DNA of 64,000 nucleotides from Lytechinus pictus (Eukaryota): NCBI RefSeq assembly GCF_037042905.1, contig NC_087252.1, positions 14,510,001 to 14,574,000 of the forward strand, read 5' to 3'. Shown piece by piece: positions 52,001 to 64,000 of this stretch (position 1 is its first letter; each line of letters starts with the position of its first letter). The notes under the pieces were generated by a model. It saw only the letters and a program-made list of their open reading frames with translations, ran no database searches and was not told where the DNA came from. The position numbers and the translations under genes were made by a program.

Positions 52001-54241
52001 GTTGAATTGACAACTTATTTCATTATAAGGGAGACATATCATTCACTCTGGTATGAAAAAATGAAGCAATTTTGATGCCACAAAAAACAGGATAGTGGGA
52101 ATGTCACAGCATCAGCCCACCTATTGAATATTCATGACGACATGCATATCACCATTTTCATAAAATATTGCTAAACTTTAGAATTGAATAATTTAACTAA
52201 TCGTTATCAGATTTTGATAAAATTTATTTATTTTTGATAAAATGTATTTGATATAAATATTTTCAGCCCGGAGTACCCCCCCCCCCTCCCTATCAAGCTG
52301 CGTATCTGAATAAACATGCATGCGCGTGTTTAGAGTTAGACCTAGTATCTGGGCATTTTAAATACATTTTTTTATTATAAAAATAAATAATGCGAGCGCA
52401 AAGCGCGAGCAGAAAATATTTCATATTTCGACCTAAAAGAGGGTGAATTTAAACAATATTTCAAATTATGTGTCGGAAAATTCTGAAAGGGGTGGTTCTA
52501 CAAAACGTCGTTCATTTTCATTACATATCTGTCATTTTATCATACCTACCACTAGATTTCCAGGAGGTGTGCTGCCTATGGAAAATAACACACGCAGCAC
52601 CCCCAAATCTTGGGGGTGCTTCACCCCCAGCACCCCCGCTCCCAGGGCCATGGCGAAAAAGGCTGAAATTTGATTTCTATTGTCTGACTTGTAATTTTTG
52701 TATACAATACACGGGCGGTCGGGCGCGCGCTCACTTGATTCGACATAAAACCTGGAAGTTTCAAGTCCAACCACCCCCATGTCCCTCCCTGCTATCGAAG
52801 AGTGTGTATGGTTATCACGTATTGCGCGCGACCACGTCTGTATCGGAGTGCTGCCCCGTTGGAGCTTGATTGAGTCGCGTTATAGGAGGGATGTTATTGG
52901 AATATGTGAAAGACTATTTTTTAAATGATTTGTGATTGTCGGATGTGATAATTATGTACATTATAACATATTTTAAAAAATACAGGGGGGAACCCGATTT
53001 CGTGGGGGTGCTGCCTATGGAAGATAATACACGCAGCACCCCCAGGATAATTTCTGGGGGTGCTTCAGCACCCCCAGCACCCCCGCTTCCCAGGTCCCTG
53101 GACACAGTTATTTCAAGAATAAAAAAGCAATAAAAAACCCAACCCCCAACAACGAATCTAAGATCCATTAAATCCTCCAAATTAAGACCATGTAAAAAAG
53201 CACATGTTTAGAGCGTTGTCTTTATTCCAGACCCAGTCATTTAAAAAATGATTTAAACAATCTTAAAAACATAAAACTTTGTCATATTCTTATTCCTGAG
53301 GAATAACCCGAGTATTATGATTAGTCTTTCTTCTAGACCCGGTTATTTAAAAGATAAACAATCATTGAAAAAAATCTAGGCTAAGACCAATCTTCAAAAT
53401 TAAACCCAGTTAAAATGCTTGGGTTTAGAGTGTTTTCTTTACCCCACACCTAGTTCTCTTAAAAATACAAATTAAGCCAAACTATAAAAATCATGTGATA
53501 ACGCATACCACAAAGACAACAAATTAATCATAGGCGTAAATATTCATATGATACGCGCCTTAAAATCCAAGATAACAACAACAATGTTTTTCTACATCAA
53601 TGATATTGTGGGGTCTTTACTGATACTGTTTGTTTGTTTTTATTGTTTCTTATAATTTCCTATTTTGAAATAACTGGGTCTGGAGCAAAGACTACACCAT
53701 ATTTCCATGCTATCCAATGTTGATAAGATTGCGGGGTCTTTGTTTTGTTGTTGTTGTGGTTGTGTTTTTTAATGATTTTTATTACTGGGTCTTGAGAAAA
53801 TGCCACGCTATATTTCCATATCGTAAATATTCATATCTGAATGACACGCGCCTCTAAATCCAAGATAACAACAACAACAACAACATTATTCAACATGAAT
53901 AGGATCGTGGGTCGTTGTTTTTTATTATTATTAATAATTTATTATTATTATTATTCATTCGTTATTTGAAAAATCTGGGTCTGGATGAAAGACTACGCTA
54001 TATTCCCATATTATTTAACATTAACAAGATAGTGGGGGTCTTTGTTTCTTGTTGACTCTTTAAAAAATGATTTGTAATTTTGAAATAAGTGGGTCCGGAG
54101 GAAAGACTACGCTATATTTCCATGTTATTCAACATCAGTGAGACTGTGGGGCCTTTGTTTTATTATTATTATATATCTTTTTTATGATTTGTTATTTTAA
54201 AATAACTGGGTCTTGAAAAAAGACTACTTTATATTTTCAAG
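49011..54241 (-). mobile_element. Foldback element A, copy 2 (partial, opposite orientation)
   Basis: Starts TGTTGCACCCACAAATGTAATAA and is the reverse complement of copy 1 from 21651 back to ~10776, with a much shorter satellite. Confidence 0.85.
50825..53100. mobile_element. hAT-like non-autonomous element
   Basis: GACACAGT|CAGGGACCTGGGAA ... TTCCCAGGTCCCTG|GACACAGT: 14-bp TIR, 8-bp TSD; empty site at ~11775-11795 (reverse complement). Confidence 0.9.
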
Positions 54242-55325
54242 CGACTAGCCACGCGCGCGGAAGAGGAAGGGTTCTCGCGGAGCTCTTTCTTTCCTCCCTT
54301 TTTTGGGGGGTTTTCTTTATCAGAATTGTTAATTTTCATCAAGCCGCATCTTTTACGGATCTTTTTGTACCAATATTTGGATTTCTTCTGCAAAGAGAAA
54401 GCAAAGGTAAGCAGGATTTGTTGGCCTTTAACTAATTTCCATTCCGCACACACTAACGCATAGGTTAACACGTGTTTTCAAAAACCCCGCCCTGTAGCGG
54501 CGGACCAATCATGACAGAGGGTCACGCGAAAACGGGACCACCATTGCAAGATACCACTGACGATGAATTCCGGACTGTCACGTACGCACGATCACCTAAA
54601 ATTAAATTTCGCGGCAAACGAAGACGTGAAGGAAGCTTGGACGTGGAAAATATCACGCCCAGGGCGGACTCTTCGTCAGATAGTACAAGCAACACAGCTT
54701 TTACGATACACAGCACCCCATCCACAAACACAAGGGCCAATTTTACTCTGTATATTAGCCCAATAGAAAAAAACAAGAATTTCAATAACGTAAATCCCAT
54801 AGAAATAGCAAGAGCAATTAAACGCACTTGTCCCAATCCAATTGACAATATTATCTCTCTCCCTCACAGCATTATTGTCAAGTGCAAAAACCAAAAGCAA
54901 ATGACCGCTCTTCAACAAATAACCCAAATTGGCAACATCCCAGTAAAAATAGAAGAAAAGAGAGCCGGCGTGAAGGGTGTTATTTATGGGGTCTCTACAG
55001 CTATCTCAGAAGAGGAAATCAAGCAGGAGCTTAAGACACAGGGAGTTTCTTTTGCAAAGAGAATTACTAAGAAAACAAAACAAAATGAAAATGGTCCCAT
55101 CCATGGGCGGAAATCCCAGGGGGGACAGGGGGGACGTGTCCCCCCTACTCAAAATAGTAGGGGGGACACAATATCAAATGTCCCCCCTACTATTTTTGTC
55201 CTTTATGATGGTAAGAAATATATCATTCTAAATCGAAATAAAACATATATTTTGGGACGAGATGACCGTACTTTTGGGACGATAACCTTTTTTTTTTCTT
55301 TTCAAAATTTCCCGCCCCTTGTCCC

Positions 55326-57592
55326 CATAGGCGGATCCAGGGGGCCGACCCCCCCCCCCCCTATTGGCGGAGCAAAAAAAAGACAAAAAAGGGAAAGAAA
55401 GAAGGAAAAATGAAAAAAGAAAAAAGGAGGGAAAAGAGAGGAGAAAAAGAAGAGAAGGACGATGAGTTCATAAAATAAGATGAGGGGAAGACTTGGAAAA
55501 TAAAAAGAATCTAATTTCGTGCCACTATATAAAATTTTCGCTCGCGCTTTGCGCTCGCATTGCCTGTTAGGTGATTTACATATCTTGTTCAATATGGAGC
55601 TCAAATATCAAGTTTGGAAGTCAATATACAAAACATATTTCACCTCGGAAATCGAACTTTCATTATTTTGTGTGATTTACAAATTGATTTTTAATAAGTG
55701 CTCTGTAAAAAAGTCAGTTTTATGGTCTGAATAATTTCATCAACATTTGCTGCTTGCGCTGCGTGCTCGCAAATTTTGATTTATCAGGTACCTTTTATTT
55801 TCGTGTATTCCAAAAAGTTTTCAAAACATCCCTTTTCAGGTCTGATTGTCAAGACCTATCAGCTAGCGCTGCACGCTGGCATTTTGATTGGCGAGTTATG
55901 TATGTTTAAATATTGTTTATACAACAAACTACTTAAAATCCCCTTTTCATGACAGTTTATCAAAAATGTTAGCTCGCGATTTGCGCTCGCATTAATGGTT
56001 AAAAATATATTAACTGATACATCCTATTCAGTAGCGGACCGTGACCCGGAGGAGACAAAGCATTGGGGGGGGGCACTGTATTGTTTGTGAACAATGCTGT
56101 GCCCCCAATGCTTTGTCTCCTCCGGGTCACGGTCCGCCACTGATCCTATTCATAATTACAAAAGTGAAATGTCCAGTTTTTATGCCATAATTTAAAATTA
56201 AAATTAAATTGTCCCTTTAGTTTCATCTCGCGCTTAGCAAGAGGAATAGGAAGATAGTCATCATTTTCATGACATGTCGTAAGGATGTCCCGGTCCTATG
56301 TCAAAACTCAAAGTAATAATAATTGAATTTTAGCTCTTTTTTTAAGTGCGATCCATATCCATCTTACAATTTTCCTACAAAGAGCTTGAAATATAAAGCT
56401 GTAATTGACTCTTTTTTCAGATCGGAATATCAAAGTTTCATGATTTGCATGATTAAAGATGTATTTAGAATGCCTAGATTCTAGGTCTAAATATGAAACA
56501 CGCGCGCGCATGTTTATTCAAATTACTCAACTTGTTCTCTATTTAAATCATTATCCAGTTTCAGATCACAATATCAAAATTTTCTGCTCGCGCTTTGTGC
56601 TCGCATTATTAATGTAGGAAGACCCCCTACTATACTCATCCTTTTCATGATTTACAAAACATTGATTTTGATTGATTTATTTTATTAAAACACGGTAAAA
56701 AGCCCTCGATCAGCCTATGGCTGTTTACAAAACATGAACAGAGCGGCCCATTTTTAGGTCTAAATCTCGATTTTTTTTTTCTGCTCGCGTTTCGCGCTCG
56801 CATCAATTGTTGAATAATATAGCTATCCTGTTCACGATTACAAAAGTTGATTAAAATTTTCCATTCTTTCTTTAGAAATTTTCAAAAATTTTCAGCTCGC
56901 GCTTCGCGCTCGCATTTTTTTATTGTTGAAATATGTAACGCCTTCATGGCTAATTTCAAGCAGTCCTTAAAGGTACATTTTCAACAGGTACCAGTTAAAA
57001 ACGTATATAAAAATTTCTGCTCGCGCTTTACGCTCGCATTATTAATACTCATCCTTTTCATGATTTACAAAACATGAATAGAGTGTCTCGTTCAGTAAAT
57101 ATTATAGGACTAAATATCGAAATTACCTATTCTGCTTGAGTTACAAAAAGTGCATTCTTTAGGTGAAAATGTAAAAAAAAATCAGCTCGCGCTTCGCGCT
57201 CTCATTATTTGATTGTTAAAAGCTAACTGCACGCAGTCTTTAACAGGTATCTTTTCCATCAGTTCATTTCTACTCGCGCTTTGCGTTCGTAGTAATTATT
57301 AAGTTGCATACACATTTTTTTCAGAATAAAAAACATTGCCGAGAATGTTCAAATTTTAGGAAAAAATACATAAAATTTCCAAAAAATTAGCTCGCGCTTC
57401 GCGCTCGCATCATATAAATAAGGATTATGATATTATATATGAATTTATAAGAATAAAGCTAAGAAGTGACTAATGAGGACTACCCCTTTAAAGAAACAAA
57501 CACAAATCATCATCGAGCTGCCGATCAGGGAAAAAATGGCTGAAACAAATTTCCGCCCCCCTCCCTATTGGCGAAGGCTGGATCCGCCCCTG
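55326..57592. mobile_element. Nested hAT-like MITE with GCTCGCGCTTCGCGCTCGCA internal repeats
   Basis: CATAGGCGGATCCAG ... CTGGATCCGCCCCTG, flanked by an approximate TGTCCC(C) duplication; related copy at ~40295-41084. Confidence 0.65.
56029..56142. mobile_element. 114-bp hairpin MITE
   Basis: ATCCTATT|CAGTAGCGGACCGTGACCCGGAGGAGACAAAGCATTGGGGG ... CCCCCAATGCTTTGTCTCCTCCGGGTCACGGTCCGCCACTG|ATCCTATT. Confidence 0.9.
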
Positions 57593-58486
57593 TGTCCCCC
57601 CTACCTTTTGAGAGAGATTTCCGCCCCTGGTCCCATCGAAGAAGTGCCCCTCAAAAGTGTAATTCTTACATTCAATAAAACAAATCTCCCCGAACAAGTA
57701 AACTTGTGTTTTCAAATTTTCCCAGTTAAGATCTTTGTACCCCGTGCTTCAAGATGCTTCAAATGTCAACGGTTTGGCCTCGGCATAGCTCAATGCAGAG
57801 CAAAGATACGTTGTGTTAGGTGCGGAGAAGCACATACCTTTGATGAATGTCAAAAGAAAGAAGATAGAAATGTATCAATTGCGGGGGCAGACATTCTGCA
57901 GCATACGATGGATGTGCCGTGGCTAAAAAGGCACAGAAAATACAGCACATAAAAGTAACAAAGAACACAATCTATGCTAACGCTGCAAAAATGCTCGCTA
58001 ACGAAAAAAAAAACAGCAGACAATAACTTGACCACGCCTCATAATAGTCCAGGATAGGCCCCATAGACAAGGGGTCGAACCTTGTTTTTTTAGATATACA
58101 ATGTTTTTTTATGGTTTCTTGTCAATTCGAGGGTGCTGATTCCGAATCTGAATGATGCCACTCTTGTAACCTTGAGCATTTTCCGCAAATTGACAAAATC
58201 TAATATGGCCGCCAAAATATGCAAATTACCCATGAAAATCATAAAATTGCCAACACATTAGCTATAAAATGCATGTAGTTGTTGTGCAAAAGTGAAATAC
58301 CAATTGGAAAAGCGATATTTGACAAAATATTTATTTTATTGATATTCAAAATGGCCGCCATAACCCCTGTATACTTTATTATGTAGAATATGAATGGGGA
58401 AAATATTTTTTCAAACAAGAGCACTATTATTGCATGTGATTGTGACCTGCGAGTGGACTACTGTCTGAAAACATGACTATTAAGGG

Positions 58487-59581
58487 AGCTTGTCAAAAGT
58501 CCATGCACCGTTCTATAGCGTCTTTACCGCATCCGGGTTTTCGCTTCAGCTTTCCCGCCCAACGTTCCCTTGTCTTCAAAGGAACGGCCGCCATCAAAGG
58601 CCCATTGACGCCACCGTTCTTTTGTTCGTCTTTCCTGCATGTCTTAAGTTCTGTCGAAAGACCGAAGAAACTATTCTAAATAGCTCCCTCTACGACCAAA
58701 ACAAATGCGTGCCTTCATATTGACTGTCGGATCGGAGAGTTCGGGTTATTGTTCTGAACTGTGGTTCGCATCTATAATGGAAGTTCAGGTGCATTCATAA
58801 AGCCACGGTGGCTTAATAAAAAATCACGCACGTGTCATAAATCGTTGCTGATCTTTCGAATTTACTGCAATAACCATGAAAACCTCTTTTTTGCAATTGG
58901 AAGAGAGTCAATTCATGATGTTTTAGGTGGGAAAATAAGATTCCATACATTTTCGTTTCGTAGGCCCAAGCCATTCGTAGAATTCACGTCAACTTGGAAT
59001 ATTCATTATTACTCACATCTGAAACAAGTGTCGGGAGCCCCCCCCCCCTTCACCCCCCCCCCCCCCTAAAAAAATAGAAGGAAATAGAATGATAAAAATA
59101 AATATGACCGGAACAGCTCGACACTATTAGGCATAGATAGATAAAAGATTTATTAGAAGCTGTTTTAAACGGTTTGTTCAATTTTTGGACGGGCAACCAT
59201 TTCCCCAGGATAACATATTGTCTCTTAATTTTCTTTATCTCCTTGTTTTAAAGAAGCGGGACCGAAAGGTAAGGTGACAAGAGGAAGAAGAAAACTAAGA
59301 ATTCATAGGGAGAGTAAAGGAAGGGGGAACAGAGAGAAAATACGAAAATAATATTGCGATGGAAGAAGAGGAAGGGTGAAAAAAATATGGAGGAAAAACA
59401 GTTGAAAGAGAAAAAAAAATAGGAAATTTGAGAGGGGAAGAAATTTAGGATCGAGAATCAACGGGAGAGGGGGGGGGAATTGGAATATGGAAATGGATAG
59501 AGACAGAAATGGAAAGAAGAAGAGAGAGCTGGTGGACGATGAGGGGGAAGAGTGAAAGGGGAACAGAGGGGAAGACATGCA
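58487..59581 (+). repeat. Duplicated block 1, second copy
   Basis: Matches 35512-36608. Confidence 0.9.
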
Positions 59582-61308
59582 ATGGCCATGCTGAAACGGT
59601 TCTTTATTTTTTGTTCATTGTTCAATTGTTCATTCAGGTAACAACAAGAGAATGAAGAAAAAATGAAACCCCAAAACTCGGAGTTAAATTGGCCGCAACT
59701 CTAATCTGATTGCGAACCCCTTCTACCAATATTTCATTAAAAGATATACAGAGCAAAATAAGTGAATAAAAAAGGAAAGATGACCTTTGAAGGTTTCCAT
59801 GGTGGAGAGAATATTGAAAGGTTTTACGGTAAAACCTTTCAATAAAAAAGGAAAGTTAGAAGGAAAATGAGTGAAAAGAAATTGAGAGAAAACGAAATAA
59901 ATAACTATAAGATTTCAGAAAAATCATGAGAAAGAGAAAGGGAAAATCGTGTATCGAAGAAATGTAGTTATCGAATCGTTAATGTAGGAACCTAAAGCAC
60001 TTATACCACATCAGTAATTATCAGGATAGGAAAGATAACAAAAGCAAAATGATTATAGGTGTTGAATGGGCTCCTATTTGCGGCGAAAAAATGGATTAAG
60101 GATTAAAAGATAAAAGGAAGAAGAATTAATACAAGGAAACATGACAAGGGGAAGGGATAAAGAAATGAGGAGGTGAAAAGATTAAAAAGAAAGACAGGTG
60201 ACAAAAATGGAGATGGAGAATTGCAAATAGGAAACCCTGTTTCATGTGCAGATCGCTTCCCTAGCTCTGTCATTGCTCATGAGATCTTGGACCTACAAAT
60301 GTATGATATATTTACCCGTTCCGCCTGATTGGAATGACTGTGGGAGAACCAACCCGTCGATTTCATTTCACACGAAACAGAAGACCATGCCGTTGCCACC
60401 AGAAGGCGGTGCTTCATAGCGTTTCGCCAATTGAAAAGATGTTCTCCAATGAATGCCCCTGTCTGAAGAGGGATAATTTTAAATTCCTCAATCTTTTCCC
60501 ATTTTTTGACGCTCATAATTTTTTTCCGAAAAACCATGTTTTGCCTCCACAATTTTCTGACTTGGCCCCTCCCCCCCCCCCTCTGCTTTTGAAAATACTG
60601 GTTGTTATGAAATGTCGTTGAACTGTATGTATTATTGTGTACATGGATTCACCCTGTTACTTCGATTATATCATTTGTTGAACGGATATAAATGAATCTA
60701 AATGTTAAAACTCTGCGATTAACTTTAGTTTGTAGTAAATAATGTGAATTTTGTAGAGTATTAACTTAATTTTGAATATCGCTCAAGTTTCTTTAATCAT
60801 ACAATAGGAAGCTCTTAATATTAGCAAATTCGAATATTCACCCCCCCCCCCCCACAAAAAAATAATAAAACAGATGATTCTGTCCTTTCCTTGTACATCA
60901 GAAAAATCTGATTAATTAGAGCAGGTTAAGGTTTCAGAATAATTTCGAAAATTCAGAGATCCAACATTGTTTGCAGGAAGGAGTGTTTTTTCTGCATACA
61001 TGCACACGTTTTCAACTCTGTTTTGCGAGTTAAAGATTATTAATAAGGCTAAATTATTTTGATATAAAATCTGATCCGCCCAAGATTGGCATTTTATACC
61101 ACTCAATGAATTCCATTTCCTGAAGAGGGATTATTTCAAATTACTCAATCTTTTCCAATTTTTTGACGCTCATACTTTCTTCCTAAATACATTTTTGTCA
61201 CCCCACCCCAAAAATGTTCTTTTCCCCCATTAGCCCCCATACTTTTGAAAACACAGGCGGTGTCGTCTTTAATGTAATTGTCAAAGTTATGTTTTATCAA
61301 CAAGCTTT

Positions 61309-64000
61309 GCTTATCAGTATATTACATCATCTGATCAAGTTTTTTTTCTCATCTCGATCGTTTTCTGCATGGGTAGTGTTTAATTTATTGTTCTAATTGT
61401 CATGTTAAAACTCTTCGATTAACTTTGGTAAATAATACGTAATTTTGTCTTTTGAATTTTGTCGAGTATTAACAAGCATTCTAAATTGTTTACAACAGTG
61501 CAGTGGTCATCGGATTTTTTTTCAGATGTCATGAATGAAGCACCATTTCTCGATGATGTTCTATTTTAGAAATAAACTTTTGAGCACCAAACGAAGTATG
61601 TTGCAATGTTATTCAGACCTAGATCTTGAAGTCTGTCCCGATAGATGGTTTCCAATACAAAATACGCGTAAATGTTGATCGGTCGCCAAATCGCTGGAAA
61701 AAAGGATGTGTAAAAGGGCTAAATTTTCCAATAAAACACATTTGATTTCATACCTATCACATCATATTCATTTTAGGGCCATGCTCATATAATATAGTAA
61801 TCTGGAATGGAATGGTGACCTGAAATTTTCTGACCGGGATTTACCAATATAATTATAAACTTAAAAGCTTTAAATCATACAAAATGAATATAAGCGGACA
61901 CACTGCAGTTCAGAAAATAAGAATAAATTAAATAGGAGGCCTACAAGAAGCATAAAGTGTGTGTGAATTTTATTTCATCAAAAAGTATGTTTCTTGGTAT
62001 TATTCACTGAATGTGTGACTTTCGTAACTTTCAGTATTTTCATTTATTATAATCATCAAGGCTACCGCTACCACATTCACTACCACCACCACCATCATCA
62101 TCAGTCTTAATTTTCGTCAATATCATCAGTAGGATCATTATAGTCAATCATGTCAACAGAACCATCTATGTCATTATCGTAGTTATTGAAATTTTGATAA
62201 TTTTGGTAAGGAAATAATGAAAATGAGAGAAAGATTGCAGCGGGAAGGGGTGGGGTGTGAGTTTGTTCTAAAGTAAAATCAATGTGAGTAGAATTAAATT
62301 AATGTGTTTATCTACATTGCAGTGATGGTAAACATCATTACAATACTAGGATGCCAAGATGTTCAATAATTTAAGCTTCAAAATTCAGTACTTCACGGGT
62401 GAAGATATGGGGCCGTAAGCTGCAGGGAGATATGTATAATAATATTAACATTAGATCATTACTCTAAAATAGATGGAATGTAATAATTATTTATTATCTA
62501 TGTTAGTTTATACACTTACTGGCCTAAAAGCAAAAGCAAATAGGGCCATGATATAGTCTCCTCTATCAAGAGAATTGAACATTATTGACCTTTCAGGATT
62601 GCTTGGCATTGATACTCATCGAACTGTTCTTAGTCATTGGCTCATTGCCCAGGCCTATGATCATGAAAAAGCAAGATCACTCACCCGTATAGTAGAGAAT
62701 CATTCACAATAGCATGTGCCACAGAAAGACGCTCACAGACTTTAATTCCCCGCATATCCGCTGTCGTGATTATTGTCGTAATTTCAATAGATGAACCTAC
62801 TTCAAAAGACCGTTGGCCCGTCCGATGGGGAATCTTTTGTAATATATAGTGTATTAAAGTACGTGTATGCAGTAACTACCGTCCCGACTTCTTTTGTGCA
62901 ATTTAAAAGATTTCTTTCACCATCATCAAATAGCGATTAGCGTGTACAATCGCATTAATTATCTCACATAACGGATCTAATGTTCATGATTACCAGCATC
63001 ACCATGATCATTACCATTATCTTTCATATATTTTTAATTATATAGAATATAAAATTAATACTGGAGAACGACTGGAAATAGATAATGAATGATGGTGATG
63101 ATGAAAGTGATAATCATAACTTTGAAGTGATATTAACGGACATGATAATACGAATAATAGTATCATTGATAATGTTGATGATTTAATATCAACAAATGAA
63201 GATGATTTGTATATTTTGCGGCAATGAACCATGTATAACTTGAGACGCGTTTTTCCTTTATCATGTTTGTTTTAAAAGGGTTTTCATATCATGATCCTGA
63301 TATACAAAGATTATATTAAGATTAAAAAGAGAGAGAATGGATGGCCATCTAATTTTGGAAAAGATTTTGCGAGTTGTCAAGTCCGATGCAGTATCAAAAA
63401 TGATTGCATGTCGAGGTCGATGTGAATTTTATATCAACGACATCATCCCCAGAGTCTATCACGTTGTGAGTTTGTGTGCATTTTTAGCAAGATTAACATT
63501 TGTAATACGAGATTATTCTTAGTTAGAGTCTGTAACATCCGAACTACATGCCATTCCGGCTACGTACGTTTTGAATTCATCGGATATTTCGATTTCTGGA
63601 TGCATGTTACCTTGTAGTTAAACCGGTGTACGCCTGAATCATATTGATTGTCATTTGTATTAACTTTATAATAACGTCGACATACAAAAACAGAATTCAT
63701 CAGGTTCTTTATCATTACACCAATGATATGAACGTAATGCACATATAGGCCTACGTCTTTTGCTTGATAGAACACTGACCCCCGCCCCCCCCTCCATTAG
63801 AGCGAGAACAATATCGTGCTTTCAGCTCATTAATATTGATTTCGATAAGGAGATCGGGAACGCACGCGATTAATAGTAATTTACATTATTTGTATACCAC
63901 TTACAAGTGAAGCACAAAATATGTATCTAAACGCTAAGGAAAAAATAGAAAGTGAGAAGGAATTTCACCCAAAATTGAAATAGTTGCACAGTTCACAGTA
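61309..64000 (+). repeat. Duplicated block 2, second copy
   Basis: Matches 37434-40161. Confidence 0.9.

Larger units (their letters stand above)
55102..57629. mobile_element. hAT-like non-autonomous element
   Basis: GTCCCATC|CATGGGCGGAAATC ... GATTTCCGCCCCTG|GTCCCATC: 8-bp TSD. Confidence 0.9.
54242..58050 (+). mobile_element. 5' part of an I/Jockey-group LINE (5' UTR + gag-like ORF1)
   Basis: Abrupt junction with element A; gag-like ORF1 with zinc knuckles; no ORF2 seen; 3' boundary approximate. Confidence 0.75.
54511..58050 (+). pseudogene. gag-like ORF1 with three CCHC-type knuckles, split by a MITE (54511-55101 joined to 57638 onward)
   Basis: KGVIYGV...NENGPI|EEVPLKSVILTF rejoins in frame. 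RCFKCQRFG, RCVRCGEAH and, after a frameshift near 57865, KCINCGGRHSAAYDGC. Confidence 0.85.

Noticed and set aside
55102..55413. C-terminus of the 313-aa ORF
   Set aside because: Read-through into the inserted MITE; the true frame resumes at 57638.

Overview
AT-rich eukaryotic genomic DNA dominated by nested transposable elements. The repeat style (GCGCGAAGCGCGAGC-rich MITEs, tRNA-SINE) suggests an echinoderm such as a sea urchin; this is inference only. One convincing host protein-coding ORF is present: 28612-29640, 342 aa, alpha-helical with a hydrophobic hairpin, resembling alpha-pore-forming toxins. A large foldback element (3712-21651; second partial copy 49011-54241) carries a 49-bp satellite, two oppositely oriented ~5-kb Harbinger-type insertions and a short SINE whose head resembles 7SL RNA. 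An L1/Tx1 LINE has its ORF1 split by a Transib-type element with CACAGTG ends. An I/Jockey-type LINE has its ORF1 split by three nested MITEs. Ginger-, Kolobok-, Tc1/mariner- and hAT-type non-autonomous elements have checkable TSDs, and a two-block duplication is offset by ~23 kb. All family assignments come from terminal motifs, TSDs and protein motifs read by eye; no database search was run.
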